64,000 bases of DNA from Octopus sinensis (GCF_006345805.1 NW_021833301.1:1-64000); one strand, 5' to 3'. Shown: positions 1 through 11,642, counted from the stretch's first letter. The notes: a model not told the origin generated them from the sequence alone. Made by a program: numbers and translations.

Positions 1-120
1 TTTTAAGGAGCGGCAGGTGAGCTTGAAATGAAATATAAAATACATTATCAAAATGTAATTGCATTGAACTGAAATACAGAATTGAATTCAATTAAAACTA
101 ATATTTGACTCAATAAATGA

Positions 121-478
121 CAGCAAAACCTCTCAGTACGAGTGCACCATTGTACAATTAATTTGCTGTAGGAGCCGAGATCGTGCGAATTTTTGTCTCG
201 AAGTACGAGCGGAAAAGCACACAAATTGTCTCATCTTTAACGTAATTCAGTTAATAAAGCCTGTTTACATATTTCGTAATTTTAATTGTAACTACACCTT
301 TTCTGTTTTAAAACCCGTAAAAAAATTATTTTTGAGTGATTTTTCTGGGGTGGGGGTCTGAAACAGATTAATTATATTTTAGTTAATTTCAATGGAGAAA
401 ATTGATTCGTAAAACGAGTAAATCGCGAGACGAGCTCGGTCATGGAACGAATTAAACTCGTACTGAGAGGTATCACTG
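121..478. mobile_element. Putative pogo/Tigger-like MITE
   Basis: Imperfect 23-bp inverted repeats: cagcaaaacctctcagtacgagt (121-143) versus the reverse complement of 456-478, cagtgatacctctcagtacgagt (20/23). TA follows the right end; the left flank is GA. CAG..ACCTC termini resemble pogo/Tigger TIRs. Confidence 0.45.
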
Positions 479-494
479 TATAACGTAGTAAGTG

Positions 495-499
<5 letters not shown>

Positions 500-535
<36 letters not shown>

Positions 536-538
536 TGT

Positions 539-607
<69 letters not shown>

Positions 608-664
608 ACGGGCAGGCGCGCACATATGTGTATGGGTGTGTTTGTGCGGACGCGTGTGTGTGTG
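500..664. repeat. (TG)n microsatellite
   Basis: Direct reading; it generates the Cys-Val and His-Thr pseudo-ORFs. Confidence 0.95.
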
Positions 665-1301
665 TCCTACTTTGTCGTTTCAAATTTCTTAAAGATAAAC
701 CCCACTTCAAATTCATTTTCTGAAAACCCTGCCTTGTTGTATCAATATAAATGTCATACTAAAACTGTGGAAGATATTTTGAAGAATAACAATATTTTTA
801 AAAAAACATGGAAAAGAAAGGTTTAAAGGTTTCAATCCATAGTCTTGAACATTTACATATATACTACTCAATTTTGCTTGCTGACATTTTGGATTTTTCA
901 AACTTATGTCGACGAGAAAACACAATCATTTTATGGTTATTTACACAAGTTCGTTCAACCTGAAAATCCTTCCTTAAGATTCCTATTTTAAATTTATTCA
1001 TTAATTCGATTTTTACAACAAATATATTTTTTTTACACGGGAATCTTTTTGAGAGGTTTTTGCATAATTTCTGCTCGCTTTGCCCTTTCAGTACAACATA
1101 AAAATAAGATGTACAGTGATTAAAAATTTATTTTATGATATCATTTCGTTAGAAATTTATACCGTTGGCTTTTAGCCAAATACAGAAAATGTTAGGGTTA
1201 TTTCTGGTATCTAATTGACAGTTCTAGTGTAGATACAGTTTCCTTGACATTATATAATATATACCGCTGTATATATTATATAAGGGTTTATATAATATAT
1301 A

Positions 1302-2170
1302 CAGGGGTTCGACGAATTAATGGAAACATGTCGTTAAATGTAAGTTTTATTATTTAATACGAAGTTGACCTAGCTTTAGCATGAATCACAGCTTTAATAC
1401 CTCAGGGAATTGACTCGTATAAATTCTGAACTGTTTTAGGGAAGTTTTGTGGCATTCTTCAAGGTAAACCTGCTTTAGCTGTTTCAGTGATGATGTTAGA
1501 ATGTAGCGGCTCCAAACTGCACTATAAGTGCTCGATTTTATTGAGATCCCGTGATTGGTGCGAGGCCGAGTGAAGTGGGGGTGTAATCTAAGCAATCTAT
1601 TTTATCTTTTTGCTCTTCGTACCAGTTCTGAACAACATAAACCGTGTAAATTGATGCACTATTATCCTGGGAGATTGAGCTGTCATCAAGGAACATTATT
1701 TTTAACGTAGAAGAAATATAATCAGTGAAAGTCCTCAGACAATCATTGGTGGTAACTTTGTAACGTAGGACAACCAAGGGCCGTGAGAATTCCGTAATAT
1801 GACTTCCCAAATCATTGGAGAGCAACCTCCATGCTTCTACTTAGGAAGCAAGCAGTGAAGGACCGAAGGACCTCTGACATAAACTCTCCTTGAACAATAA
1901 TAAGCGGGGGAAATAATGCCAAGTGTATCAGAAGTGGTGAATACCTCGATGGAAAACTGCCATCTTCTCTGAAGAATCAGAGAGAGTAGAAGCTCATTTG
2001 AACAGAGTGTACTTCAAAGATCCATTTGTCACACAGTGTCCCACTATATCATGCTGATTTCATCTGATGACTATGTTGAATGCACACGTCACTGGTGGTT
2101 ATCCAGTCAATTTACACACTACCTTACGTAGCTTCGTAGTTTAGTTGTTCGAACAAATTAACACGCCAAT
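1302..2170 (-). mobile_element. Decayed Tc1-like transposon, catalytic/C-terminal half with 3' TIR
   Basis: ORF 1538-1825 contains SQDNSASIYTVYVVQNWYEE..DYTPTSLGL, a degraded QDDNAPIHTA..WFEE..WPPQSPDL. An SSDE motif lies near 2060. The TIR TA|caggggttcgacgaattaatggaaaca starts at 1302. Confidence 0.75.
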
Positions 2171-2478
2171 GACGGAATTTCTGAGAGTATTCCAAATCAA
2201 TTTCATATAAGAAACAATGTTCTTAGTAAAATCATATCAGATTATTTTAAACAAAGTGCTGCTGGGAATTCTACTTTTCTGAAGTCTTTTGAATATTTAA
2301 CTAACGCAAGAAAACAAGATTTCTGTTCACTTTTAACTTTTAACTTTATTCATCTGCATGGAGAGGTGTTGGACTACCGTACTGTATAGTTTTTGAGCTT
2401 AATATTCAATGGTTTTTATTATAACTAAACATAAAAACAATATCTGTCTAGCTAGCTAGATAGCTATAGATAGATAGA

Positions 2479-3994
2479 TATGTTTCTTTATTAGCCACAC
2501 AGGGCTGCACACAGATAGAACAAATTACAAGGTAGAGCTTTTCTTTTGAAGGTTTAAAAAAAAAAAAAAAAAATATATTAAAATAAAAAATAAATAAATA
2601 AAAAAGGGGGGTCGATCAAAAGGGATCGTAAAAGGAGAGAAAGAGGACAAAAAAAAGGGGGGGTTAAAAAAAAGGGGGAGAGGAAAAAAAATTGATCAAT
2701 AGGGATCGTTATCACAGAAATGTCAATATGAAGTGTAAAGGGAGGACAGGTGAGGTTTACCCGTGGAAAGAAAAGCCTACGGAAAAGACCACGGTAACCT
2801 CGGTCAATGAAGTCACATGTATATTTCTTTTTTTTTTTTTTTGCAAATAAGCAACTCTCTGTATTAATTTTTACGGTTCGTAGAATCATAGTCAAGGTGG
2901 CTTCGTCATTCATACGTGCCATCCTTGCTACATTCACCCATCTTTTTTTTAAAACATTCACTAGACAAAACTTGCCTCTCTACTCTCACTTTTCTTCAAG
3001 TGATACTTGAAGAAGTTGATGAGAGATTGACCAGAGAGGAAAGTGTTTGTCTCTAATCCTTTCAGACGCGTCCACCAGATACATTCTTTCGCCATAGCCA
3101 CAAGTATGATAAAAATAGCGCTCTTCCTCCGTTTGAAGGAAGGAGGCGTGACGATATTAACGATAGACTCGGCTGATAAACCGACAACGTCCCACACGTG
3201 ACAGCAGTCGTTCGACATAAGCCCACAGGTGGGAAATTGCTGGACACTGCACGATTGCGTGCAGAGCGGTTTCGTCGCTCTGCCGCATCTCGGGCAGGTC
3301 GGCCCCGTGTTTCTCGAGCCATGCCTATAGAGCTTATCCCGAACGGGTAGCGCTTCTCGGTAGCACCGCCAGGCCAGGGATCTCTGGAAGTTGTCCATAG
3401 GTCCCGGGCCGAAAGTCGTTTGAAACAGGCGGGTTAGGTATTCCTCGTCGACGCCCAGGTTTGCCCCGAGCTCGTCGTCGTACCTCCCCTCCACTAATCC
3501 CCTATAGAATGCTTTGGTTGTGTTGAAGTCACTCAAGGTCGACCCGGGACGGCAGAGTTGTTGAGAGCAACGCGACACTCGCGGTGCCATTCGCCCTTCT
3601 TCGGCCTCTTTTTGATCCACGACTATAGTTCGGTCATGGAGACGAGTTGCGGAATGCGTGCCTCACAAACGGCGACCACACCATTTCACCGTCGTCTACA
3701 TAGAGCCGGAGATGTCGCAGTCTCAGCGCGTGTCTGCGCATCATCAACCACGGCATGCCCAGCCCTCCTTTTAACGGGTGTTGACAGCAAATGGATCGCC
3801 TGACCATCGGGACGCATCCTTCCACAAGAAGCGAAGAGGATGCGTTCTAGTTTGGTGATGGTAGGGTCGGGACAAGGTACGACGGTCAGGCGGTAGTAGA
3901 TGATGGACGCGATGTACGCGTTCACCACCTCCGCCCGACCTTTTAGGGCAGTTTCCTCTCGGCCCATTGCTGGGCGAGAGTGACCACCCTACTC
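2479..3994 (-). mobile_element. Tx1-clade LINE, 5'-truncated copy 1 (ORF2 C-terminus plus 3' UTR)
   Basis: Peptides KGRAEVVNAYIASIIYYRL and LPVRDKLYRHGSRNTGPTCPRC (Cys knuckle). The element strand ends AATAAAGAAACATA(TCTA)n. Confidence 0.9.
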
Positions 3995-4034
3995 TAGATA
4001 GATAGATAGATAGAGAGATAGATAGATAGATAGA
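3995..4034. repeat. (GATA)n spacer between Tx1 copies 1 and 2
   Basis: Direct reading. Similar tracts lie at about 2448-2480, 6006-6026 and 9023-9086. Confidence 0.95.
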
Positions 4035-5744
4035 TATGTTTCTTTATTAGCCACACAGGGCTGCACACAGATAGAACAATTACAAGGTAGAGGCTTTTCT
4101 TTTGAAGGTAAAAAAAAAAAAAAAAAAATAAAATAAAATAAAAAATAAAATAAAATAAAAAGGGGGGGCGATCAAAAGGGATCGTAAAAGGAGAGAAAGA
4201 GGACAAAAAGGGGGGTTAAAAAAAACGGGGAGAGGAAAAAAATTGATCAATAGGGATCGTTATCACGAAATGTCAATATGAAGTGTAAAGGGGAGGACAG
4301 GTGAGGTTTACCCGTGGAAAGAAAAGCCTACGGAAAAGACCACGGTAACCTCGTCAATGAAGTCACATGTTATATTTTTTTTTTTTTTTTTGCAAATAGC
4401 AACTCTCTGTATTAATTTTTACGGTTCATAGAATCATAGTCAAGGTGGCTTCGTCATTCATACGTGCCATCCTTGCTACATTCACCCATCTTTTTTTAAA
4501 ACATTCACTAGACAAAACTTGCCTCTCTACTCTCACTTTTTTCTTCAAGTGATACTTGAAGAAGTTGATGAGAGATTGACCAGAGAGAAAATGTTTGTCT
4601 CTAATCCTTTCAGACGCGTCCACCAGATACATTCTTTCGCCATAGCCACAAGTATGATAAAAATAGCTCTTCCTTCCCGTTTGAAGGAAGGAGGCGTGAC
4701 GATATTAACGATAGACTCGGCTGATAAACCGACACGTCCCACACGTGACAGCAGTCGTTCGACATAAGCCCACAGGTGGGAAATTGCTGGACACTGCACG
4801 ATTGCGTGCAGAGCGGTTTCGTCGCTCTGCCCGCATCTCGGGCAGGTCGGCCCCGTGTTTCTCGAGCCATGCCTATAGAGCTTATCCCGAACGGGTAGCG
4901 CTTCTCGGTAGCACCGCCAGGCCAGGGATCTCTGGAAGTTGTCCATAGGTCCCGGGCCGAAAGTCGTTGAAACAGGCGGGCAGGTATTCTCTCGTAGAGG
5001 CCCAGGTTTGCCCGAGCTCGTCGTCGTACCTCCCCTCCATAATCCCCTATAGAATGCTTTGGTTGTGTTGAAGTCACTCAAGGTCGACCCGGGACGGCAG
5101 AGTTGCTTGAGAGCAACGCGACACTCGCGGTGCCACACGCCCTTCTTCGGCCTCTTTTTGATCCACGACTGTAGTTCGGTCATGGAGACGAGTTGCGGGA
5201 ATGCGTGCCTCACAAACGGCGACCACACCTGTTCACCGTCGTCTACATAGAGCCGGAGATGTCGCAGTCTCAGCGCGTCTGCGCATCATCAACCACGGCA
5301 TGCCCAGCCCTCCTTTTAACGGGTGTTGACAGCAAATGGATCGCCTGACCATCGGGACGCATCCTTTCACAAGAAGCGGAAGAGGATGCGTTCTAGTTTG
5401 GTGATGGTAGGGTCGGGACAAGGTACGACGGTCAGGCGGTAGTAGATGATGGACGCGATGTACGCGTTCACCACCTCCGCCCGACCTTTTAGGGACAGTT
5501 TCCTCTCGGCATTGCTGGGCGAGAGTGACCACCCTACTCGTTATCTCGTTCCAGTTCTTCTCCATTTGGAGGTCCGGACCGAACCAGACCCCGAGCAACT
5601 CAAACCGGGCCGTTGTCCAGCGTCCCACGACGGAGGTACTGGTGGACGGCATGGGCTTGCTTCTCCAGGTGCCGAGCCGCAAGCCCACTGACTTTTCCCG
5701 GTGATTTTTGCTCCTGTCACCGCTTCGTAGTCTTTCAGTGTCTC
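4035..5744 (-). mobile_element. Tx1-clade LINE, 5'-truncated copy 2
   Basis: Near-identical to copies 1 and 3. CPRCGQSDETALHAIVQC zinc knuckle, ELLGVWFGPDLQMEKNW, stop codon at 4426-4428, same 3' end. Confidence 0.9.
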
Positions 5745-6026
5745 CACACCACAATATGGACAGCTAGTCAAGAAGCTGTATGCGGGAATGCAGGAAAAAC
5801 AACAAAGAACAAGCCAGCCCAACCAAAACAACACCAACACCAGCGCCAAGAACAGAATCATACCACCAACAACAAAAAACCAATTCCAACACAAGAATAA
5901 CAACGAAGAAGACAAGCACCAAGGATTTAGGAGAGACAATAACCACAACAAACCCCCAGCAACACCCTCCCCGCGCACAACAACAATATCTACAACCGCA
6001 CAAACAGATAGATATAGATAGATAGA

Positions 6027-9021
6027 TATGTTTCTTTATTAGCCACACAGGGCTGCACACAGATAGAAACAAATTACAAGGTAGAGCTTTTCTTTTGAAG
6101 GTTTAAAAAAAAAAAAAAATAATAATAATATAATAATAATAATAAAATAAAAAAAAAAATAAAATAAAAAAGGGGGGGTCGATCAAAAGGGATCGTAAAA
6201 GGAGAGAAAGAGGACAAAAAAAAGGGGGGTGGGGGTTAAAAAAAAAGGGGGAGAGGAAAAAAAATTGATCAATAGGGGATCGTTATCACAGAAATGTCAA
6301 TATGAAGGTAAAGGGGAGGACAGGTGAGGTTTACCGTGGAAAGAAAAGCATACGGAAAAGACCACGGTAACCTCGGTCAATGAAGTCACATGTTATATTT
6401 TTTTTTTTTTTTTTTTGCAAATAAGCAACTCTCTGTATTAATTTTTACGGTTCATAGAATCATAGTCAAGGTGGCTTCGTCATTCATACGTGCCATCCTT
6501 GCTACATTCACCCATCTTTTTTTAAAACATTCACTAGACAAAACTTGCCTCTCTACTCTCACTTTTTCTTCAAGTGATCTTGAAGAAGTTGATGAGAGAT
6601 TGACCAGAGAGAGAGGAAGTGTTTGTCTCTAATCCTTTCAGACGCGTCCACCAGATACATTCTTTCGCCATAGCCACAAGTATGATAAAAATAGCTCTTC
6701 CTTCCGTTTGAAGGAAGGAGGCGTGACGATATTAACGATAGACTCGGCTGATAAACCGACACGTCCCACACGTGACAGCAGTCGTTCGACATAAGCCCAC
6801 AGGTGGGAAATTGCTGGACACTGCACGATTGCGTGCAGAGCGGTTTCGTCGCTCTGCCCGCATCTCGGCAGGTCGGCCCCGTGGTTCTCGAGCCATGCCT
6901 ATAGAGCTTATCCGAACGGGTTAGCGCTTCTCGGTAGCACCGCCAGGCCAGGGATCTCTGGAAGTTGTCCATAGGTCCGGGCCGAAAGTTGTTTGAACAG
7001 GCGGGTCAGGTATTCCTCGTCGACGCCCAGGTTGCCCGAGATCGTCGTCGTACCTCCCCTCCACTAATCCCCTATAGAGTGCTTTGGTTGTGTTGAAGTC
7101 ACTCAAGGTCGACCCGGGACGGCAGAGTTGCTTGAGAGCAACGTGACACTCGCGGTGCCATTCGCCCTTCTTCGGCCTCTTTTTGATCCACGACTGTAGT
7201 TCGGTCATGGAGACGAGTTGCGGGAATGCGTGCCTCACAAACGGCGACCACACCTGTTCACCGTCGTCTACATAGAGCCGGAGATGTCGCAGTCTCAGCG
7301 CGTGTCTGCGCATCATCAAACGCATGCCCAGCCCTCCTTTTAACGGGTGTTGACAGCAAATGGATCGCCTGACCATCGGGACGCATCCTTTCCACAAGAA
7401 ACGGAAGAGGATGCGTTCTAGTTTGGTGATGGTAGGGTCGGGACAAGGTACGACGGTCAGGCGGTAGTAGATGATGGACGCGATGTACGCGTTCACCACC
7501 TCCGCCCGACCTTTTAGGGACAGTTCCTCTCGGCCCATTGCTGGGCGAGAGTGACCACCCTACTCGTTATCTCGTTCCAGTTCTTCTCCATTTGGAGGTC
7601 CGGACCGAACCAGACCCCGAGCAACTCAACCGGCCGTCTGTCCAGCGTCCCACGACGGAGGTACTGGTGGACGGCATGGGTTTGCTTCTCCAGGTGCCGA
7701 GCCGCAAGCCCACTGACTTTTCCCGGTTGATTTTTGCTCCTGTCACCGCTTCGTAGTCTTTCAGTGTCTCGCCGACCCGCTCGATGTGCTCGTGGCTTGA
7801 CACTATGACGGTGACGTCGTCCGCGTATGCAGACACGCTCGTCCCGCATCCTAATTCTCGCGGGATGCCCCTCAGAGTCGCCAGCTTCCGCAGTAGTGGC
7901 TCAAGAGTCAATACGTATAGAAGCGCCGAGAGGGGGGCATCCTGGCGGACCGAACGTGCAATGTCGAAGGGTCTCGATAGATGTCATTTACGCGAATTAC
8001 CGAACGGATGCCTCTGTACAAGGCAGCTATCCAGCCCGCGGAAGACGGGACCGAAACCAGCCGCTCTCAGGACTGCCTCCAAGTATCGATGGTCTACCTA
8101 TCAAAGGCTTTCGATTGATCCAAGTTGATCAGGGCCCCACCCATGCCAGGTCGTTAACTACCCTGTCTATGATGTAGCGCATCAGATGGAGGTTGTCATG
8201 GATGCTCCGGCCCGCACGGCGCACGTTTGTGCGTTTTCGACCAGTTTCTCCATGACAAGCGCCAACCTCTTGGCTAACACCTTTGTCAAAATTTTCAGGT
8301 CTGCATTGAGCAGAGTGATTGGCCTAAAGTTATCTATAATGTTTCCCTTGTTTGGATCTTTCTTCAGCAGAGTTACAGCTCCTCGACTCACAAACCGGGT
8401 ATGCTCCCGTTTTGCTGCCAGTTGCAGTATAACGCTGCCAAGACGTCTCCAACAAGTCTGGCATACAATAGTAAAATTCGTAGGTAGACCATCCAAACCC
8501 GGTGATTTGTTCCCTCGAGCATTCTGCCATCGCTTCCCGCACTTCCGCCGCCGTGATGGCACCTTCGCAGCACCCTGCCTTTCTTGTCGAGAGTCGTGGC
8601 AGGCTATGTAGGTAGGCACTGAAGTCTACCCTACGTTCTTGCCCTCCACTCGTCCCGAACAGTCGGGCAAAGTGCTGCTGAAAGGCCTCACACACATTTT
8701 ACTTGGCTCGAGCAATTCGCGCCCCTGTTCATCTACCAGTGACCGAATGGTGGCTTTGTTGCCCTGTTGGCGCCTCTGCCACCCGGGCCTCTCTCGCGGC
8801 TCTCAACACCTTCGTTCCTTAGAGGCACGCTCAGCTCTGACAGCACATCCTTCGTGTTTGGCGTTGAAGTGTTGGTCGAGGGCCAACCTCGCCGCCAAAA
8901 CGTCGGATGCGATGCCGCTTCTAATTGCCTCTTCTCAGCTTCTTAACTAGCTCACCCTCACTCTATTTCTATCTATGGCTAGTGCTTTGCTGTACCTAAT
9001 CGCTTCTGCTTTTACTGCTCT

Positions 9022-9022
<1 letters not shown>
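6027..9022 (-). mobile_element. Tx1-clade LINE, 5'-truncated copy 3 (longest; post-endonuclease linker, RT, knuckle, 3' UTR)
   Basis: KSPGLDGL, FRPITLLNADLKILTKVLAKRL, SAYADDVTV, KINREKS, GGLGM and C-x2-C..H..C, all typical of L1/Tx1 ORF2. No APE domain or ORF1 is present. Confidence 0.92.
6452..9022 (-). pseudogene. Frameshifted Tx1-type ORF2 reverse transcriptase
   Basis: RT motifs are spread over ORF-track pieces 8639-8950, 8330-8695, 8182-8619, 7567-7911, 7514-7849, 6921-7538 and 6559-6972, joined by 1-nt frameshifts. YADD is in 7567-7911. Confidence 0.85.
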
Positions 9023-9086
<64 letters not shown>

Positions 9087-9088
<2 letters not shown>

Positions 9089-9207
9089 TGTTTCTTTATT
9101 TGCCACACAGGGCTGAACACAGAGGGGACAAATTACAAAGTACAGCTTTTCTTTTGATGGAGAAAAAATAGGGGGTTAGGCTTTCGATCAAAAGGGATCG
9201 TAAAAAA
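9087..9207 (-). mobile_element. Tx1-related 3'-end fragment (copy 4, diverged subfamily)
   Basis: Homologous to the last ~120 nt of copies 1-3 (tatgtttctttatt..gccacacagggct..gatcaaaagggatcgt) but with many differences; flanked on both sides by (GATA)n. Confidence 0.75.
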
Positions 9208-9208
9208 T

Positions 9209-9274
<66 letters not shown>

Positions 9275-9381
9275 GTAATGAACGACAGACAAATAGACAG
9301 GCAAATAGGCAGACAAAAGACAGACAGAAAGACAGGCAGGCAAAGAGATAGGTAGACAGACAGACTGACGGACGGTTATAT

Positions 9382-9457
<76 letters not shown>

Positions 9458-9534
9458 TAGATAGATAGATAGATATAGATAGATAGATAGATAGATAGAG
9501 AGCGACAGACAGACAGATAGATAGATAGATAGAT

Positions 9535-9601
<67 letters not shown>

Positions 9602-9602
9602 G
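9208..9602. repeat. Compound (GATA)n/(GACA)n microsatellite flanking the Tx1 array
   Basis: Direct reading. Confidence 0.95.
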
Positions 9603-10021
9603 ATAAAAAAAATGAAAGACAAAATCTGGCAGACAGACGAAAGACAAACGGTCGAATATAGAAGCAGAAAGTTACCTTGTATAAAGGTGCTATCAGATTA
9701 AACAGCTTAGAGTTGATAAGGTTCATGTTTATAACGAACAGAAACATTTTAAATTATTGAAACTGTCCCCGCTCTCCCTTCTCCATTTCCTTCACATTCT
9801 GCTCTATTCATACAATTCGAATAACCTCTTATAAGGATCCACGTCATGCTGATATAATTCCAATTCTAAAGTCTGTCACCGCCGCCATTTTAATTTAAAT
9901 CACTTCAATTAAAATCCAAATAAACATTTGTTTAATGAGAAGAAGGCCTGAAATGTCATTATCGTCTGTTTCTCTTCATTTATTATTGTGTTATCTAAAA
10001 TATTATTTTAAAATATTATTG

Positions 10022-10040
10022 TTATCATCATCATCATCAG

Positions 10041-10078
<38 letters not shown>

Positions 10079-10094
10079 CTATTATTATTACCAC

Positions 10095-10125
<31 letters not shown>

Positions 10126-10290
10126 GTTATTATTATTATTATTAATATTATTATTATCATTATTATTATATTATTATTATTATTATCATTATTATTATTA
10201 TCATTATTATTATTATCATTATTATTATTATTATCGTTGTTGTTGTTGTTGTTATTGATAATAATAACAATGATGATGATAATAATAATA

Positions 10291-10362
<72 letters not shown>

Positions 10363-10775
10363 TGGCAAAGAACAGGAGGAGGTGAAGGTGGAGGAAAAAT
10401 TTGTGGAAGAATAGTAGTTGGATTGCGTCTTATGCGTTTTTTTTTGCTTGGGGTAATAAGGTTGTGGTTGTTGCTGTTGGAGTAGGGGATGATGGTGATG
10501 GTTGTAACGGCGGCAGTGGTGGTGGTGGTGGTGGTGGTAGTGGTGGTGGTTGAGGTGTTAGAGTTGGTGTTGTTGTTGTTGTTGTTGGCGGTGGTGGTGG
10601 TTGTAACGGTGGTGGTGGTGGTTTAGGTGGTAGAGTTGGTGTTGTTGTTGTTGAAGGCGGTGATGGTAGTGATGATCGTATCGGTGGTGGTGGTGGTGGT
10701 CGTCGTCGTCGTCGTCGTCGTTGAGGGGAATTGTTGTTGTTGTTGTTAGTGGTGGTATTGGTGGTGGCACGAAAG
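10022..10775. repeat. Trinucleotide microsatellite cluster (ATC, ATT, AAT, GGT, GTT, GTC)
   Basis: Direct reading. Similar clusters occur at about 16400-16540, 17890-18005, 18380-18790, 19060-19660, 23070-23390 and 48060-48420. Confidence 0.9.
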
Positions 10776-11189
10776 AGGAAGCAATGCTATTTTTTTTTTC
10801 TGGTGTTAGTGACAGTGAAAGCGTTGTAATTGTTATTATTTGTATTATTGTTTATATTATAAGTTGCTTGTTTGTTTGTTTGTTTGTTTGTTTATAGCCA
10901 TTCAGATTGTCTTCTGTTAATAACACGATGGCGGATGGCTGATATCGTTGATACAGTCAGCAGACGTAATGTACACGGTTAACGGCGCTGTTAGTTTTGT
11001 TCATGATCTTATATTTGCAGTGTTGTGTATGTGCGTTTTAATGACTGGTTTAGTTAAGTCTCATTTGTTCGCATTCTCTATAGTTGTTATTGTAGTGTGA
11101 GAAGTTTTAGCTTATTGGTTGGGGTATTAGGCTCACAATCGAAAGGTCGTGAGTTCGATTCCTGGCAATGAGTTGTCTTCTAGAGATTA

Positions 11190-11642
11190 TTTTTTTGTTG
11201 TGGACTGAGAGGCTGGTTTATTAGAGACTTCCTCCACACTTTTTTTTTTGGGACCAGGAGGAGGTAGTGAGGTTATCGAGCGTTGCTTCGGTTGAGATTA
11301 AATAATATAAATTTGTCCTATTGTATAACTAATTGAGATTAAATGATACAAATTTGTCCTATTGTAGTGAGGTTATCGAGCCTTGCTTCGGTTGAGATTA
11401 AATAATATAAATTTGTCCTATTGTATAACTAAGTGAGATTAAATAATATAAATTTGTCCTATTGTAGTGAGGTTATCGAGCCTTGCTTCGGTTGAGATTA
11501 AATAATATAAATTTGTCCTATTGTATAACTAACTGAGATTAAATAATATAAATTTGTCCTATTGTAGTGAGGTTATCGAGCCTTGCTTCGGTTGAGATTA
11601 AATAATATAAATCGACCAGCCTCTCAGTCCACAATAAAAAAA
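11190..11642. mobile_element. Inverted-repeat-bounded insertion carrying a 100-bp tandem array
   Basis: 28-bp inverted repeats at 11190-11217 and 11615-11642 (27/28 match) enclose tandem units starting at 11264, 11364, 11464 and 11564. Confidence 0.6.
11264..11612. repeat. 100-bp tandem repeat, about 3.5 units, each with an internal ~30-bp sub-duplication
   Basis: gtagtgaggttatcgag recurs every 100 bp; tgagattaaataatataaatttgtcctattgta occurs twice per unit. Confidence 0.9.

Noticed and set aside
372-826. ORFs rich in CV, HT, YI, LS, poly-M, poly-V or poly-I here and throughout the track
   Set aside because: They are translations of di-, tri- and tetranucleotide microsatellites with no domain content.
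11264-11612. Regularly spaced repeats resembling a CRISPR array
   Set aside because: The intervening sequence is itself repeated, so there are no unique spacers; the context is eukaryotic with no cas genes.
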